In this document: positions 44,961 through 59,489 of the stretch, piece after piece
Position numbering within the stretch: position 1 is the first letter of the stretch
How the letters are laid out: each line of letters opens with the position of its first letter
Origin: Escherichia coli
GTDB lineage: Bacteria; Pseudomonadota; Gammaproteobacteria; Enterobacterales; Enterobacteriaceae
Direction: 5' to 3' (one strand)
Assembly: GCF_013315695.1 (NCBI RefSeq)
Contig: NZ_CP054353.1
Length of the DNA: 64,000 nt
Notes under the pieces: generated by a model
The model's database searches: none
What the model was told of the DNA's origin: nothing
The model's input: the letters and a program-made list of their open reading frames with translations, nothing else
Translations under genes and position numbers: made by a program

Positions 44961-46808
44961 TTACCTGATTAATTGTTCCGCTTTCGATACGATTTGCGAG
45001 CTGGATCGCGCAGGCAGATCATAATTGTAAATATCTGTACGATACTGGGTACGACCATCTGCACCAACAAAGGCCGTCAGGTAGTAGAGATTCACCGGAA
45101 TCGACTGCCGAATATTGACGTAACGCGTATCGCCCTGCTTCAGCGCATCAGAAATACGTTTGTCATTCCATCCTGCATCCTGCAACAGCATATTCGCCAG
45201 ATCGGAAGCTTTATTCACTCGTACACAGCCTGAGCTCAATGCGCGTGTATCACGTTTGAACAGATTGTGGTTCGGCGTGTCATGCAAATAAATGGCCTCT
45301 GAACTCGGCATATTGAATTTATAGCGCCCCAGCGAGTTCCGTGGGCCTGGAGCCTGCTGGAAGCGAAACGGTAAATTCGAGGCCGTGATTGTAGACCAGT
45401 CAACCTGCCATGGGTCAATCGCTTCTCTGTTGTTCCAGCCGCGCATCACCGTATAGCCATGGCTTTCGAGATACCCAGGATCATTGCGCACTTTCGGCAG
45501 AATATCTTTGCGTGCCAGAGTTGGTGGTACGTTCCACGGCGGGTTTACCACTACGTTGTTAAGTGCACTGCTCATCATCGGCGTTTTGCGATCGGGGCGA
45601 CCGACAATGACTCGCGAATCCAGCACCTGATTGCCGTTCTGATAGTAGACCAGCGAATAGGCTGGAATGTTAACCATGATCCCGGTAGAAAGCTCTGTTG
45701 GCAGCAAGCGCAATCGCTGGATGTTGAGTGCCAACACGCCAGCACGTTGGGCGGGCGTTACGTTTAACCAGTCACGCGTTGCCGGGCCAATAGCACCATC
45801 TGCCCCCAATCCTTGCCATGCCTGAAAACGTTTAACGGCTTCCACCAGTTCATTATCGTAGGCGGCACGAACGGCAGGCGCAGGTTTACTACGAGACGTC
45901 GTTTGCTTGTCCATCGGCTTAGTTTCTGCTGTTTCAACAGTAACAGCGGATGGGCTGACTACCGTGTCAGTTGGCGTGTCATCGCCAGGTAGCGTAATTT
46001 TCGGCCCCCCGTCCAACATGCCTGTGCGTTGCAATATTTCGCGCAACGCCGGTACGTCGTTACTCCACTGCCCTGGGCGCAACGTTGCTTTGCCGGTCAG
46101 TTGGGGCCACGGTTTGGTGTCACTGAGTAAGGCCAGTAACGATTCATGCATCGCTGCATATTGCGGATGCTGCGGTGCCAGACCTGCAACAAACGTCGGC
46201 AATTGACCTTTATCCAGCGCCAGCTGCCATTGGTTAATCACCGAAAGCGGCGGCGTTGAAAGCGCATAAGGTTTACTGCTATATAGCCAGCGAGTGCCTT
46301 TGACCGGAATATTTGCAATGAAATGGAGATAGCCCATCATCGCATCAGAGAGCACGACGTCGCGTGCCATCCCGTTAACACCAGGATCGGTCAGTAACTC
46401 TACCCATTTATTAAACTGCGGCTGGAAACCGGCAATCGCCACTTCTGCCAGCTGTTGCTGGAAGGCTTTAACAGCATCACGGTTTTCCCACATGGGTTGC
46501 ATATCGCGTGCGGCATACAACAGTTGAAGCTGGTTAAGATAAACCGGCTTATAGCCTGCAGGTAATTGAGATTCGATTTGCGTGCGGGCTTTTTCTGCCG
46601 CACCTTCAGGCAATGGCTGGATCCCCGCCATTATTGCCGTGGCCTGCGCCTGCGGCAGTGCCTCGCCCTGTTCGCTGACAGCCACCGGGCTGTCGCCAGG
46701 GATTACTTCAGGCTCATCGGCCTGCGCATTGAACAGTGGAGCGAATGTTACGGCCACGCACAAACTGATTGCCGACAGCCGACGACCACACATCATATTA
46801 AGCAACAT
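44961..46808 (-). CDS. ldtD: L,D-transpeptidase LdtD (YcbB)
   Basis: 615 aa with YkuD-type catalytic region (...LSSGCVRV). Confidence 0.9.
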   Translation of the reverse strand: MLLNMMCGRRLSAISLCVAVTFAPLFNAQADEPEVIPGDSPVAVSEQGEALPQAQATAIMAGIQPLPEGAAEKARTQIESQLPAGYKPVYLNQLQLLYAARDMQPMWENRDAVKAFQQQLAEVAIAGFQPQFNKWVELLTDPGVNGMARDVVLSDAMMGYLHFIANIPVKGTRWLYSSKPYALSTPPLSVINQWQLALDKGQLPTFVAGLAPQHPQYAAMHESLLALLSDTKPWPQLTGKATLRPGQWSNDVPALREILQRTGMLDGGPKITLPGDDTPTDTVVSPSAVTVETAETKPMDKQTTSRSKPAPAVRAAYDNELVEAVKRFQAWQGLGADGAIGPATRDWLNVTPAQRAGVLALNIQRLRLLPTELSTGIMVNIPAYSLVYYQNGNQVLDSRVIVGRPDRKTPMMSSALNNVVVNPPWNVPPTLARKDILPKVRNDPGYLESHGYTVMRGWNNREAIDPWQVDWSTITASNLPFRFQQAPGPRNSLGRYKFNMPSSEAIYLHDTPNHNLFKRDTRALSSGCVRVNKASDLANMLLQDAGWNDKRISDALKQGDTRYVNIRQSIPVNLYYLTAFVGADGRTQYRTDIYNYDLPARSSSQIVSKAEQLIR

Positions 46809-47030
46809 CCCTTGCCCCCTGTTTTTATCATACTCTGAATAGCCAGGCTGTTATTTTACGACTTGCCTGTACAACGCCAATACTCACGAAAGTATGACGA
46901 GCAAGCCTGTTACTCATCAGGCTTATCTTCAGTATATAAACGCCGATACGTTTTTACATAACCTAATGTAAAGAAGTTTAAAGAAAAGCGCGCCAGAATG
47001 TGGCACTTTTTTAGTGCAGAAACGGAGTTT

Positions 47031-47062
47031 TCAGAAACAGGAAAGGCGGCATCGCTGCCGCC
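47031..47062 (-). terminator. Probable mukB terminator
   Basis: ggcggcatcgctgccgcc hairpin immediately after mukB stop with T-rich tract on minus strand. Confidence 0.55.
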
Positions 47063-47068
47063 TCAATC

Positions 47069-50000
47069 TTAGCTCGCCTGGGAAGGCGCTTCGTCAGTTC
47101 CTGGAAGTGTTTCAGGGAGTTGCGGTGCAAAGCCACGCAGGCCGACGACGTGAACGTGTTCGGTATTCTGGAAGACTTTACGTACCAGTTTATAGGTGGT
47201 GCCTTTTTCCGGACTGATATTTTCCGGCGCTGCGATGATGAGCTGCATTTGCAAACGCTCACACAATTCAAACAGCGTGGCGATGGAACGAGCATCCAGT
47301 CGCGCTGCTTCATCAAGGAACAGCAGACGGCAAGGAGAGATATCTTTACCGCGCAAGCGGCGAGATTCATCTTCCCAACTCTGTACCACCATCACCAGAA
47401 TCGACATACCGGTACCAATAGCCTCACCGGTCGACAATGCACCAGACTCCGCGCGCAACCAGCCATCGGAACCACGGTTAACCTCAACTTCCATTTCCAG
47501 ATAGTTGCGGTAATCCAGCAGTTCTTCGCCAATGGTCTGCGGCGTGCGTTGCCCCATATCAATCTGCGGATTAAGACGCTGATACAGTTTCGCCAGCGCT
47601 TCTGAGAAGGTCAGACGGTTGCTGTTAAACAGATCCTGATGTTGCTCATGCTGTTCAGAGAGCACATCCAGCAGCATGGCGTGCGTTTCACGCACGTTCA
47701 CGTTGAGACGCACGCTGTTCACCTGGCCAAACGATACGCTCTGCAAGCCCTGGTTGAGCATACGGATACGGTTCTGCTCGCGCTGAATGGTTTTGCGAAT
47801 AATGTTCGCCACGCTGCGGGAACTGATCGCCAGTTTCTGTTCGCGGGAGGTTAACTCTTCGGTCAGACGGCTAAGTTCGATCTCCATCTGTTCGATAGCT
47901 TCCACCGGATCATCGGTACGAATAATATCCTGACGAATACGTTCACGCAGATGCTGATAAACCGCCACGAAGAACTGAATTTTACGTTCCGGACGTTTTG
48001 GATCTTCCGACATACGCAGCACGTCGCGCAGATGTTCGTTATCCGCCACCGCCAGACGCAGCGCACCTAACGCCTTATCCGACATGGAACGCAAATCATC
48101 AGCGGAGAGATAAGCCAGCTCACGACGGTGTAAGCGGCGCTCAACGCCGTTATCTTTCACCATGCGCATGACTGCACACCAGCCCGCTTTCGCGGTCACT
48201 ACCTGCTCGCGCATCTCAAAGTAATCCCGCTCCAGCTTGCGCAGTTTGCGGGTCAGGTTGTCCATCTCTGCTTCGCAGAAGGTAAGCGCTTTTTCCAGTT
48301 GATTGCGGCGTGAACGGTTATTGCTCAGTTGCGCGTGCAACTCGTCACGGCGAATACGCGCCCGCTCTTCTGCCCCGCTATCAGCACGCACGCCGATATC
48401 CTGCAATTCACGTTGCAGATCGTTGAGTAGCTCTTTTTTGGTGTCGTAAGAACTTTTCAGCGAAGCCAGCACCTGGTTGTACTGACTCAACTGCGCTGCG
48501 TGTCCGCGCAACGCTTCACGCGCGCGGGTACGCTCCGCTTCCGCCTGTTCCAGACGTTCACGCAGTTTTTCGTTGAGATCGCTGTTACCGCTAAGCATTT
48601 CTGCCGAGTCAGAGTAGCTAAAGTGCGCACGACGCTGCACCACTTCCGTCAGGGCAAACGCCTGCTGACGGGCATCGCGCTGCATCTGCTGAGAGTACGC
48701 GTAATCTTCTTTTAATTGTTCGAACTGTTCCGGGTCACTCTGCAATACCGAAACGATCGGTTCCAGTTTCGCCAGTTGATTACCGAACTGCTGAACAAAA
48801 CGCGCGGCTTCCTGGGCTTCATCCAGACGTTCGCGGATTTCATCGACGCGATCCGCCAGGCTGTCATCAGCCAACAAGTTGAGACGCGGCAGAATGCGGT
48901 TCAGCGCCGTAACACCCTCTTTCGCCTGCTCAAACTGAATACGCTGCTGCTGGTTATCATTTTCATGATTACTCAACGCCCGCTCCAGTTCGACGCGACG
49001 GCTGTTCAGTTGACGGATTTCGGCTTCCGGATCAGACTCAAACGCCACCGCCAGGTGGCTGCCGATAAAGCGGCTGAACGCCTGATGCAGACGCTGGGTT
49101 TTCTGTACATCAAAGGAGAGCGTGGCGAAGCGTTCGGAAAGCACTTCACGCTCGGCATGGAGGCTTTCAATACGGCTTTCACGCGCAGCACGACCAAACA
49201 GCGGCACTTCCGGGAAACGTGAATAACGCCACTGACGATCGGCGATTTTCACCACCACCGCTTTTTCCAGCTCATCAACGCTGAACACGCTGTCATCGAA
49301 TGACTGCGGATCCCCTTCGATCAGATAGAGATCTTCCGGGCAATCGGTCAAGCCTTCCAGGTGTTCGGTTACCTGTGACAGATCTGGCACCACGATGGCG
49401 TGGCGTGACGGGCCATACAGCGCTGAGAAGTACGGCGCATCTTCCAGGCTAACGTCGTCATAAATTTCTGACAGCAGCACGCCGCCAAAACGCTCCGCCA
49501 GCGCATTCAGACGCTGGTCTTCAGAACCACCTGGCTGGCTTAAACGTTCGATCTCTTCATCGACGGCGTTTTTGCGCGCGCCTACTTCATCGCGTTCAAC
49601 AATGGCTTCGCGCTCACGCTCCAGCAACTGTTGCAGATATTCGGTGACATCCTGGCTGGAGGAGAACTCTTCGCCGCACTGTTCGCTCAACTGGTTGAGA
49701 CTGTTTTGCGCAGCCAGCCAAACCGGCGCACGCCGCATCAAACTCTGAATGCGAGACTGCAGCTGTTCCTGCTCCTGGCGCAGTGTCATCCGCTCTTCAC
49801 GGGCGTTAGACACGCTATCGGAAAGAGAGGCAATGCGTGCTTCCAGCTCCTGATGCAGAGCTTCCAGCTCGTCAATGTCAAAATTCTTGCCCTGACGTTT
49901 GCAGAAATCTGCCAGCAGACGCTCAGCTTCTTGCTGCTCACGCAGACGCTGTTCCAGTTCGCTTAAGCGCATCCGCAACGGCTGAACCTGCTCTGCCAGG

Positions 50001-51529
50001 TGACGCTGATCGACCCCTTCGCGCAATAGTTCGCGAGCGACATCCCACGCCTCGTTACGCGCCAGCGGGCCGTTGATTGCCACCACCAGCTGATAAGCCT
50101 GCTCAAACTGGCTGTGCGCGGTTTGCGCCATGCTCATTTTCTGCTCAAGAGAGAGCATTTTTTCGGTCGCTTCCAGCTCTTTCGCCTGGAAGGTTTCCAG
50201 CCATTCGGCGGCGCTGTCGGCGGTTAAGTCCGGCAGATGGCACAGTTCTTTGGCACGATTAAGCGCAGCAATCGCCTGGTTATACTGGATCGCGCGCGTT
50301 TGCTGGACGTCCAGCGCCTGCTGGTAGTCAGCAAGCTGGCTTTTCAGCTCGTCCACTTCCAGTTCGGCAGCTTCCGCACGAGCCTCGTTCTCTTCCTGGC
50401 GTTCGATGGCTTCTGCCACCACTTCGTTTTGCTCTTCCAGACGGATCTGCAGCTCATCGAGATCCGCTTCGTAGCGTTCGATCTTCTCCTGCTGACGCAG
50501 TGCGGTTTGCACCAGGTTCAGGTGATCGCTGGCCGCCTGATAATCTGCTTCCAGATCGCCTTCGGCACCGTTGTGCTCTGCCAGCTCACGCGCCATATCG
50601 ACGTGTTTGTAATGCTCAGCCGCCAGTTGCTGACGCGAAGTGTGTAGCTCGCGACGAAACTCCAGGGCTTTGTCGAGATGGACACGGCGCTCGTTGGCGT
50701 GACGCATGTAGTCCGCCGCCACGTAGTTGGTGGCTTCGCTAATCAGATGCTTAAACAGGTCGCGGTCCGACTGGGTGACACGAATCGCTTCCAGCGTCAT
50801 GCGGTTTTCGCGCAGCGCCGCTTCCATGTCCTGGAACGCTTTCCGCACGCCGCTGTTTTCCGGCAACAGGTAGTCGCGCAGAGAGCGCGTAATGGCGCTG
50901 GAGATCCCGCCGTACAGCGAAGCTTCGATCAGACGATAGAATTTACTACGGTCAGACGCTGAGCGCAGACGACGCGCGATGATGCCCAGATCGAACATCA
51001 GCGAGTGGTAATCGGTAATGGAGTTGAACTGTTTAAACTGCACGCCTTCCATCGCCTCGAGCTTGTCTTTCAGCTCGTTAAGCGGCAGCACGCGCGCCTG
51101 ACGTTCGCTCAGGGTTTCGGTCACCAGTTGTGTCGGCTGCACCGACATCGGTAAACCCTGAATGGCAAACGGTTTGATATCCACTTTACGATCGCGTCCG
51201 GCAACCTGTTGCAGACGCACACCGACCACCACGCGCTGGTGGCGCGAGTTAATGGTGTCGAGCATCGAATAACAGACACCCGCTTTCAGCTTACCGTGCA
51301 GACCTTTATCGCGCGAACCGCTGGTGGCCCCGGCTTCCGTGGTGTTACGGAAATGCAGCAGGGTCAGGTCGGGGATCAGCGCCGTAACGAACGCCGCCAT
51401 GGTGGTGGATTTACCCGCCCCGTTACCGCCAGAAAGCGTCGTGACCAGCTCGTCAAGGTCAAAAGTTCGGGCAAAAAAGCCGTTCCAGTTAATCAGCGTC
51501 AGTGAGCGAAATTTACCGCGTTCAATCAT
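47069..51529 (-). CDS. mukB: Chromosome partition protein MukB (SMC-like condensin)
   Basis: 1486 aa, Walker [10 protein letters not shown], long coiled coils. Confidence 0.95.
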   Translation of the reverse strand: MIERGKFRSLTLINWNGFFARTFDLDELVTTLSGGNGAGKSTTMAAFVTALIPDLTLLHFRNTTEAGATSGSRDKGLHGKLKAGVCYSMLDTINSRHQRVVVGVRLQQVAGRDRKVDIKPFAIQGLPMSVQPTQLVTETLSERQARVLPLNELKDKLEAMEGVQFKQFNSITDYHSLMFDLGIIARRLRSASDRSKFYRLIEASLYGGISSAITRSLRDYLLPENSGVRKAFQDMEAALRENRMTLEAIRVTQSDRDLFKHLISEATNYVAADYMRHANERRVHLDKALEFRRELHTSRQQLAAEHYKHVDMARELAEHNGAEGDLEADYQAASDHLNLVQTALRQQEKIERYEADLDELQIRLEEQNEVVAEAIERQEENEARAEAAELEVDELKSQLADYQQALDVQQTRAIQYNQAIAALNRAKELCHLPDLTADSAAEWLETFQAKELEATEKMLSLEQKMSMAQTAHSQFEQAYQLVVAINGPLARNEAWDVARELLREGVDQRHLAEQVQPLRMRLSELEQRLREQQEAERLLADFCKRQGKNFDIDELEALHQELEARIASLSDSVSNAREERMTLRQEQEQLQSRIQSLMRRAPVWLAAQNSLNQLSEQCGEEFSSSQDVTEYLQQLLEREREAIVERDEVGARKNAVDEEIERLSQPGGSEDQRLNALAERFGGVLLSEIYDDVSLEDAPYFSALYGPSRHAIVVPDLSQVTEHLEGLTDCPEDLYLIEGDPQSFDDSVFSVDELEKAVVVKIADRQWRYSRFPEVPLFGRAARESRIESLHAEREVLSERFATLSFDVQKTQRLHQAFSRFIGSHLAVAFESDPEAEIRQLNSRRVELERALSNHENDNQQQRIQFEQAKEGVTALNRILPRLNLLADDSLADRVDEIRERLDEAQEAARFVQQFGNQLAKLEPIVSVLQSDPEQFEQLKEDYAYSQQMQRDARQQAFALTEVVQRRAHFSYSDSAEMLSGNSDLNEKLRERLEQAEAERTRAREALRGHAAQLSQYNQVLASLKSSYDTKKELLNDLQRELQDIGVRADSGAEERARIRRDELHAQLSNNRSRRNQLEKALTFCEAEMDNLTRKLRKLERDYFEMREQVVTAKAGWCAVMRMVKDNGVERRLHRRELAYLSADDLRSMSDKALGALRLAVADNEHLRDVLRMSEDPKRPERKIQFFVAVYQHLRERIRQDIIRTDDPVEAIEQMEIELSRLTEELTSREQKLAISSRSVANIIRKTIQREQNRIRMLNQGLQSVSFGQVNSVRLNVNVRETHAMLLDVLSEQHEQHQDLFNSNRLTFSEALAKLYQRLNPQIDMGQRTPQTIGEELLDYRNYLEMEVEVNRGSDGWLRAESGALSTGEAIGTGMSILVMVVQSWEDESRRLRGKDISPCRLLFLDEAARLDARSIATLFELCERLQMQLIIAAPENISPEKGTTYKLVRKVFQNTEHVHVVGLRGFAPQLPETLPGTDEAPSQAS

Positions 51530-52233
51530 TATTCTTCCTCTCCGCTATCTGGCTGATTCTCTTCGGTTTCATCGTTGAGTTGCAGATGATTTTCAATCGG
51601 CATTGCTTCGCCATCACGAATCAGGCGACGCTGTGCTTCACGGGGATCGTCGCCAGCACGCACATCGGCTCCGAAGCGGAACACCGATTCGGTAATGCGG
51701 AACTTGCTGCTGTCGTGGCCCATAAACCACACCATACCCAAACGACGCAGACGGTTGAGCGAAGAACGTACTTTCTCCTGCAACTTCTGGCGGTCAACGT
51801 CTGAACCGGTTGAACGGTTGTTCACCAGTTTCAGCAGTTTCGCTTCATCGGCCAGGGTGAGCAGTTCGTCGTACAGTTCCTGCTGGGTGAAAATCCCCTC
51901 GTTCGCCAGCCGTTCCGGGCTGAGATAGAGATAACAGAGGATTTTCCCGACCATCATATCCAGTTCCGACAAGACGGAACGCGGGATAAGAGTGGTGGAA
52001 CGTGGGCGTAAATAGAAGAACCCTTCCGGTGCGCGAATAAGCTCAACGTTATAACGCGCGTAAAACTCTTCCAGATATTCCTGAAAATCCATCAGGAATG
52101 CATGATTATCCAGTTCGTCGAGGCCAATATGGCGGCCTGAACGTAAGGCGCTATCCAGCGCCGGAAATAACGGATTCGCCAGCGCCTGCGCCAGCTTAAC
52201 CGGCATCACTTGTTCAATATTTGTCGATGACAT
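51529..52233 (-). CDS. mukE: Chromosome partition protein MukE
   Basis: 234 aa from internal ATG ([14 protein letters not shown]...); acidic C-terminus; overlaps mukF 3' end and mukB start. Confidence 0.88.
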
Positions 52234-53536
52234 GCGCCTGTACCTTGGCTCCGTAATCATTAATCGGCTGCCATTTCGCTGGCAGTCCGGTGAAATCTGC
52301 TTGCGCTACGCCAAGACGTACCGCCTGATCAATAACAATGCGCGCAACGTCAAAGTGACGTGCACGCGGATACTGTGACAGATATTCGCGTACCACCAGA
52401 CCAAGATCCAGCGGCACTTGTCTGGTTTTGTACACGGCAAGTTGTTCTTCAATGATCGCCGCCAGCTGTTCGCGGATCTCGTTAAACTCTTCGTACTCCA
52501 GATCCTCAGGAAGTTCCCCAGTCACTTCTTCATCGCGCAGTGCCATCTCTTCGTCACGCATATCCAGCAGACGATCGGCATTGGCATAAGTTAGCGCCCA
52601 CGGCTCATCAAAATAGGTTTGTACCGACTGACGTAACCGCTGAGCAAAGACGCGGTTTTTATCCATATCGATTGCGGTACGGATAAATTTGTGTACGTGG
52701 CGGTCGTAGCCAATCCACAAGTCGATGGATTGCTGGCCCCAACTGATAATACGGTCAAGTTTGCTCTGCAGATCGAACACCAGACGATCGACAAAATGCA
52801 GATCGTCATGGGTCATCGTCGCATCCTGAATGCGCAACAGATTAGCCTGCAATTTGTCGCCTGCCGCTTCCAGCGTATCCTGCAATTCACGCAGCGTTCC
52901 GGAAGTTTCCGAAAGCAACAATTCACAGCTGGAGATCGCCGCCCGCCAGTCTTTGTTCAGCAACTGGGCGATATCGTCCTTCACCTGCTGCTGCTGTTCG
53001 TCCATCAGACGTTGCGTCAGGTCGATACTGTCGAAAATTTCTGCTACCGAATATTTCAGTGGCGCATAAACATTACGGTGCCAGTGAAATTCATCACCGC
53101 CCTCTTCGGCGGCATCTGCCGCGCGTTTGAGCTCACCCGCCACAATCGACAACTGCATAGAAAGGCGCAGCGTAGAAAACTCGCGCTGACGGATGTAATA
53201 GTCAGTAATGCCGATGCCGAGCGGCGTCAGACGGTAAATTGCGTTCCCTTCCGCCTGCTCGCTGGTAAAGCGGTTCAGCAGACGTTGACGCACCATGTCG
53301 TTGATCGCGTTGTTGGCACGCACGCCGATGGTTTCGCTGGTTTGCTCAAACGCATCACTCACATGGCGGAATGCATCCACCAGCTCGCCTTCACTCATCT
53401 CACCATCCAGACGCTCTCCGTTCAGCGTGGCAACCGCCAGCAGAAAAGAGAGTCGGTCTACCGGCAGCGAGATGGAGAAGTCATTTTTTCTGGCCCAGGC
53501 AACCAGTTCGGGGACTGTCTGGGAAAATTCACTCAT
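52214..53536 (-). CDS. mukF: Chromosome partition protein MukF (kleisin)
   Basis: 440-aa ORF matching MukF. Confidence 0.92.
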
Positions 53537-54318
53537 ACTTTATCCTTGCTCTGCGGTTTGCGCGCGGTGACATGAATATAACGCCCCAGGGTAATATACG
53601 GTTCCTGACGGCAATAACGCGTTTCTAATTCAAGTAATGCTTCATAGCAGTCGCGCTGCTGGTGCTTCTCGCGCAGATAATCATGAAACACACGAACGCC
53701 TGTCTTACCCATAATTTGCCAACCAGCTTCTTCCAGCCACAGATAAACCTGCGCCGGGTCGCGTGGATAATCTGGCGAAAGCGTCCGTTTTTTCTTTTTC
53801 GGCATTCCCGCCTGCACGTAATCAAAATTCCCGGCGACCATGTTATGCATCAGCAAGCCGTGCGCATTGTAGAACATTAACGACAACACGCCGCCTGGAC
53901 GCAACACTGACCACAGGGTCTGTAATACGCTGCGGGGATCGGCCACCCACTCGAGCACCGCATGGAACAATATCAGATCAACGGGCGTTTCCAAATGCGA
54001 AGCAACATCCTGAGCGGCGCAATGTATAAATTGCATGTTGTCGCTCACACCTTTTGCTTCTGCCGCCTGTTTTGCGCGGTCGATCATCTGCGCAGAAAGA
54101 TCGCATAAAATGACCTGATGCCCGCGCTCAGCCATTTTGATTGCGGTCTGCCCTTCTCCACCGCCAGCATCCAGCACACGCAGTTTTTGCGGGCCCATTT
54201 CCGCCAGCACGCGATCGAGATCCTGCCACAGAATAGCCTGTCGAAGCTGCCCTTTGGTGGTGCCGTAAATGTTACGGGAAAACTTTTCCGCAATATCATC
54301 AAAATTGCGATCCTGCAT
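53533..54318 (-). CDS. cmoM: SAM-dependent methyltransferase CmoM (SmtA)
   Basis: 261 aa from internal ATG ([13 protein letters not shown]...); Rossmann methyltransferase motif [13 protein letters not shown] overlap with mukF. Confidence 0.88.
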
Positions 54319-54453
54319 TGCTTTCTCCACCGGTTGGCTAAGACGTTTTCTGATAAAGACGCTATTTTGTCACAGCCACGGCGAGAATGAACCCGTCTGG
54401 TGTAATATCGCTGGCGATCCCTTGCTATATGGTTAAAAAAGGAACCAGAAAGG

Positions 54454-55233
54454 ATGCTTTTTACACTGAAAAAAGTGATTGGCAATATGTTGCTGCCACT
54501 TCCGCTGATGTTGTTGATTATTGGCGCTGGCCTGGCGCTGCTGTGGTTTAGCCGTTTTCAAAAAACCGGGAAGATTTTTATTAGCATTGGGTGGCTGGCG
54601 CTCTTGTTATTGAGTTTGCAACCGGTAGCCGACCGCCTGCTGCGTCCCATCGAAAGCACCTATCCGACATGGAATAATTCGCAAAAAGTGGACTATATCG
54701 TGGTGCTCGGAGGCGGTTATACCTGGAACCCACAGTGGGCACCGAGTTCGAATTTAATCAATAACAGTCTGCCACGCCTGAATGAAGGTATTCGCTTATG
54801 GCGCGAAAATCCGGGATCAAAACTGATCTTCACGGGAGGCGTAGCAAAAACCAATACGGTGAGTACAGCGGAAGTAGGTGCCAGAGTTGCGCAATCGCTG
54901 GGCGTACCGCGCGAGCAAATTATCACCCTGGATTTGCCAAAAGATACCGAAGAAGAAGCTGCGGCAGTGAAACAGGCGATTGGTGACGCACCTTTCCTGC
55001 TGGTGACATCTGCGTCTCATTTGCCGCGGGCGATGATCTTTTTTCAGCAGGAAGGGTTAAATCCGCTACCAGCCCCGGCGAATCAGTTGGCCATCGACTC
55101 GCCGCTTAACCCGTGGGAACGGGCAATCCCTTCTCCGGTCTGGTTGATGCATAGCGATCGTGTTGGCTATGAAACGCTTGGCCGCATCTGGCAGTGGCTA
55201 AAAGGTTCGTCAGGCGAGCCACGGCAAGAGTGA
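54454..55233 (+). CDS. elyC: Envelope biogenesis factor ElyC (YcbC), DUF218
   Basis: 259-aa ORF with N-terminal TM segment; matches ElyC. Confidence 0.85.
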   Translation: MLFTLKKVIGNMLLPLPLMLLIIGAGLALLWFSRFQKTGKIFISIGWLALLLLSLQPVADRLLRPIESTYPTWNNSQKVDYIVVLGGGYTWNPQWAPSSNLINNSLPRLNEGIRLWRENPGSKLIFTGGVAKTNTVSTAEVGARVAQSLGVPREQIITLDLPKDTEEEAAAVKQAIGDAPFLLVTSASHLPRAMIFFQQEGLNPLPAPANQLAIDSPLNPWERAIPSPVWLMHSDRVGYETLGRIWQWLKGSSGEPRQE

Positions 55234-56103
55234 TTTTGATGCCAGATCGAAGTTACGCCGACTAAATCGTCCGGTGTTGACCAGTTGCGCAACTTCATCC
55301 CATAACACATACAACCAACGCCGCCAGATGAACGACTCCGCCACTGGCGCGCGTTGCAGGTAACTCCAGAGCAAATCTTCCGCCAGAGAATTATCCATTA
55401 GTCGGAACAGTTCGTATTCTCGCGGTGCCCAAAGCATTAGTCCCGGTCCGACCATCGCCAGTAACTGATCGCTGCGCGAATCTTTCAGCATGCTGCGTAA
55501 ACAGAAGTTACCGTGAATCAGTACACAATTGTCGTTAAAGCCTTCAAATAATGCCGGGAGACATTCGCGAGTGCGAAACAGGATCCGCTTATCCTGCATC
55601 GTCAGACCGGTGTTATTGAACTGATTGAGCGTGGTCCATAGCACTTCAACATGTTGCCGGTACCATGAGGGCCAGAAATTTTCCTGAGTATTGTCGACCG
55701 CGCCGACGCAACCACGACTGTCCTGACGGTGCCAGGCCAGTAAGGCTTCAACGATTTGATCTTTGAGTTGTTCCCAGCGTTCTGGTGTTCGGGCTGGTGC
55801 CTCCACCGAAACACCACGCATTCGCTCCAGTAGCAGGACATCGGGGCCGGGGTGTTCTTCATGCGTCATCACACCATAAATAGTCGGCATACGGACAGTC
55901 CCACTTCTTGCCAGCATGGTGGTTTTCCATGCCAGTTGTCGGGCTTTTCCGGGCGCACTAAAGCTTCTTGCCATTAACGGCATTGGGTTTCCCTGGCTGT
56001 CATACAAAGCCCACAACGCCGTATCCGCTTTTTCATTGACGCACTCAATACGACTGAGTTTTTCGCCCAGTAAATGGCTTAATTCGGCACGCAGCTGTTC
56101 CAT
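55210..56103 (-). CDS. ycbJ: Putative kinase-fold protein YcbJ
   Basis: 297-aa ORF matching YcbJ. Confidence 0.82.
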   Translation of the reverse strand: MEQLRAELSHLLGEKLSRIECVNEKADTALWALYDSQGNPMPLMARSFSAPGKARQLAWKTTMLARSGTVRMPTIYGVMTHEEHPGPDVLLLERMRGVSVEAPARTPERWEQLKDQIVEALLAWHRQDSRGCVGAVDNTQENFWPSWYRQHVEVLWTTLNQFNNTGLTMQDKRILFRTRECLPALFEGFNDNCVLIHGNFCLRSMLKDSRSDQLLAMVGPGLMLWAPREYELFRLMDNSLAEDLLWSYLQRAPVAESFIWRRWLYVLWDEVAQLVNTGRFSRRNFDLASKSLLPWLA

Positions 56104-56256
56104 TCAGATTACCCTCATAAAAGCTACTGCTTTCATAATGAGCGCCAATATAAAAGATGTCACCTGAATGAGATCAATTGTTGAAAAGAAAAATTGAGGA
56201 AAATCGTAACGGTACGACACTCCTCCCAAAATTGGCTGGAGTGTCGTGAAGTGAAA

Positions 56257-57182
<926 letters not shown>

Positions 57183-57233
57183 AGTTCCTCCAGATGGATC
57201 GGGTTATGAATGCATAAATCTTATCATAATCAT

Positions 57234-58466
57234 TTATGCGACGGGGTCTATTTCCCAGCCGGTGCGGCAATCAGTAAAGAGGCCTTGCGGGCAGCGTCCT
57301 AATGTCACCCGCGTTGCCTGCTGCCAGTTAGCGAAATCAGTAATCGCCTGACGTAACCCTTTTTGCAGCGTTGTCGTTGGTTTAATACCTTCCTGTAACC
57401 ACAGAGAGATAACTTCAAGGATGCCTGTCTGGCGATGCATTTTGGCATCCATTCGCCCAACTAATTGCCCACGATGTAATAACGGCAGAACAAAATAGCC
57501 ATACTGGCGTTTCGGCGCTGGGGTATAGCACTCCAGCCGGTAGCTAAAATCAAAAAGCTGCTCTGCGCGTTTGCGATCCCAGACAACAGGATCAAAAGGC
57601 GAAAGTACCGCGCTGTGCGTTGCAGTGAGCTTTCCGGCGAGCGCACGCTCGAGTAGCGGCAGCAAATCAGCATGCAGCCAAAGATTGCCCAATTTTTCAA
57701 CATGCACAGCAATGATTTGCTGCTGTTCAGCCCTCGCTTCGCGCCAAGCCGCCAGTGCCGGACGTTTCAGCCGATAGTAATCTGCCAGCCACTGTTCGCG
57801 GAATATGCCCAGGCTACGCGCACTGTTATCCAGCATGATGATTTCTGCTTCTGTTTGCGAAACGAGATCGCGCTCATCATCCCAGTCAGGCATGACACGG
57901 TGGGTTAAATCATAAACGCGCTGGAAGTTGCGCCGTTCAATCACCATCACCTTTCCGGCAGTAAATAAACCTTCCAGATGCCGTTTATGCGGCTTCCATT
58001 CCCACCAGCCGCTTGCACCTTTACGAGAATGCTCGAAATCGGCTGAACGTACCGGCCCCTTATCATGAATATGCTGAATTAACTGTGCAATTTCCGCCGC
58101 ATGTTCCTGCATCCAGGCGTCTTTGTATTTCCAGCCCATTTTTTCAGGTGCCAGCATGCGGTGGCGAATAAGACGAAAGTCGCTACGCGGCATAAAGCAG
58201 GCTTCATGCGCCCAGTATTCCATTAATTCGCCACGCGCCAGAGACTCATCCAGCCACTGGGCAGGATAATTTCCCAGACGACTGAAAAGCACCAGATATG
58301 GGCTACGGGCAACAATATTAATGGTATCGATTTGCAGCAAGGACATGCGGGAGATCGTTGCCGGAATATCCTCCAACGACGCTCGACGGCGGGGTTTGTT
58401 TAACAGGCCTTGCGCGGCGAGGTGAAGATTACGCGCATCAGCAAGAGAGAGGTGCGGCAGCGACAT
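57234..58466 (-). CDS. ycaQ: Winged-helix DNA glycosylase family protein YcaQ
   Basis: 410-aa ORF matching YcaQ. Confidence 0.85.
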   Translation of the reverse strand: MSLPHLSLADARNLHLAAQGLLNKPRRRASLEDIPATISRMSLLQIDTINIVARSPYLVLFSRLGNYPAQWLDESLARGELMEYWAHEACFMPRSDFRLIRHRMLAPEKMGWKYKDAWMQEHAAEIAQLIQHIHDKGPVRSADFEHSRKGASGWWEWKPHKRHLEGLFTAGKVMVIERRNFQRVYDLTHRVMPDWDDERDLVSQTEAEIIMLDNSARSLGIFREQWLADYYRLKRPALAAWREARAEQQQIIAVHVEKLGNLWLHADLLPLLERALAGKLTATHSAVLSPFDPVVWDRKRAEQLFDFSYRLECYTPAPKRQYGYFVLPLLHRGQLVGRMDAKMHRQTGILEVISLWLQEGIKPTTTLQKGLRQAITDFANWQQATRVTLGRCPQGLFTDCRTGWEIDPVA

Positions 58467-58502
58467 TCATGACTCCATCAATCGAACGCTGCCGCGGCGT
58501 AA

Positions 58503-59489
58503 CTAGTTGCCAGAAGCCAGCGAGGTTAGTTGCGCAAGCAGTTTCGCTGGTTCATCACCTGAAAGCTGTGCGTCTACAGGCAAATACCACCAATTTTCTT
58601 CTGCAAAGGCCCGGCATTTCACCGCATCTTTTTCAGTCATTACCAGCGTTTGCCCAGCGCTGACCAACGCGCTGACATCCGCATGATTCAAAGACTGATG
58701 ATCGGCCAGCGGTACACATTTTTCCGGTTGTACGCCACACATCTTCAGCGTGGCAAAAAAGCGCGGCGGATGACCAATCCCTGCCATCGCCACCACATGT
58801 TCAAGCTGAGCAACGTCACAACGCGTACCGGTACGTAAATTCACCGCCTGACCCGGCAGCAGATGCATGGGGATTTCACCGCTGCGGGGGACACCACCGT
58901 TGACGATTACCGCATCAACGGACTTTAAGCGCCCCGCTCGCTCACGCATTGGCCCCGCCGGCAACCACCAGCCATTGCCAAAGCGACGCACACCATCAAT
59001 AACGACAATTTCCACATCACGCGCCAGACGGTAATGCTGTAAACCGTCGTCGGTTACGATGATCTGCACATCAGGGTGTTGCGCCAGAATGGCTTTTATC
59101 GCATCAGAACGCACGGGAGAAACCGCAACAGGCGCATCAGTGCGTTGATAAATCAACACAGGTTCATCACCCGCCTGTGCTGTGGTGGTATCTGCCGACA
59201 ATAACAGCGGATAAGATTCAGCCTTACCACCATATCCCCGCGATACGACCCCCACGCGAATACCGCGCTGTTGCAACTGTTCCACCAGCCAGACAACGAC
59301 CGGGGTTTTTCCGTTGCCGCCTGCGGTGAGATTACCAACCACGACAACCGGTACGGGGGCACGCCAGGCGCGCTTCAGTTTTAGTTTATAGCAAAGACGG
59401 ATCGCGCCACTCACCAGGCCATACAACCAGGAGAGTGGCAGCAATAGCCGCCACAAAGGGGATTCACCAGACCAGATTTTTTCGATCAT
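58503..59489 (-). CDS. lpxK: Tetraacyldisaccharide 4'-kinase
   Basis: 328 aa, P-loop [12 protein letters not shown]. Confidence 0.92.
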   Translation of the reverse strand: MIEKIWSGESPLWRLLLPLSWLYGLVSGAIRLCYKLKLKRAWRAPVPVVVVGNLTAGGNGKTPVVVWLVEQLQQRGIRVGVVSRGYGGKAESYPLLLSADTTTAQAGDEPVLIYQRTDAPVAVSPVRSDAIKAILAQHPDVQIIVTDDGLQHYRLARDVEIVVIDGVRRFGNGWWLPAGPMRERAGRLKSVDAVIVNGGVPRSGEIPMHLLPGQAVNLRTGTRCDVAQLEHVVAMAGIGHPPRFFATLKMCGVQPEKCVPLADHQSLNHADVSALVSAGQTLVMTEKDAVKCRAFAEENWWYLPVDAQLSGDEPAKLLAQLTSLASGN

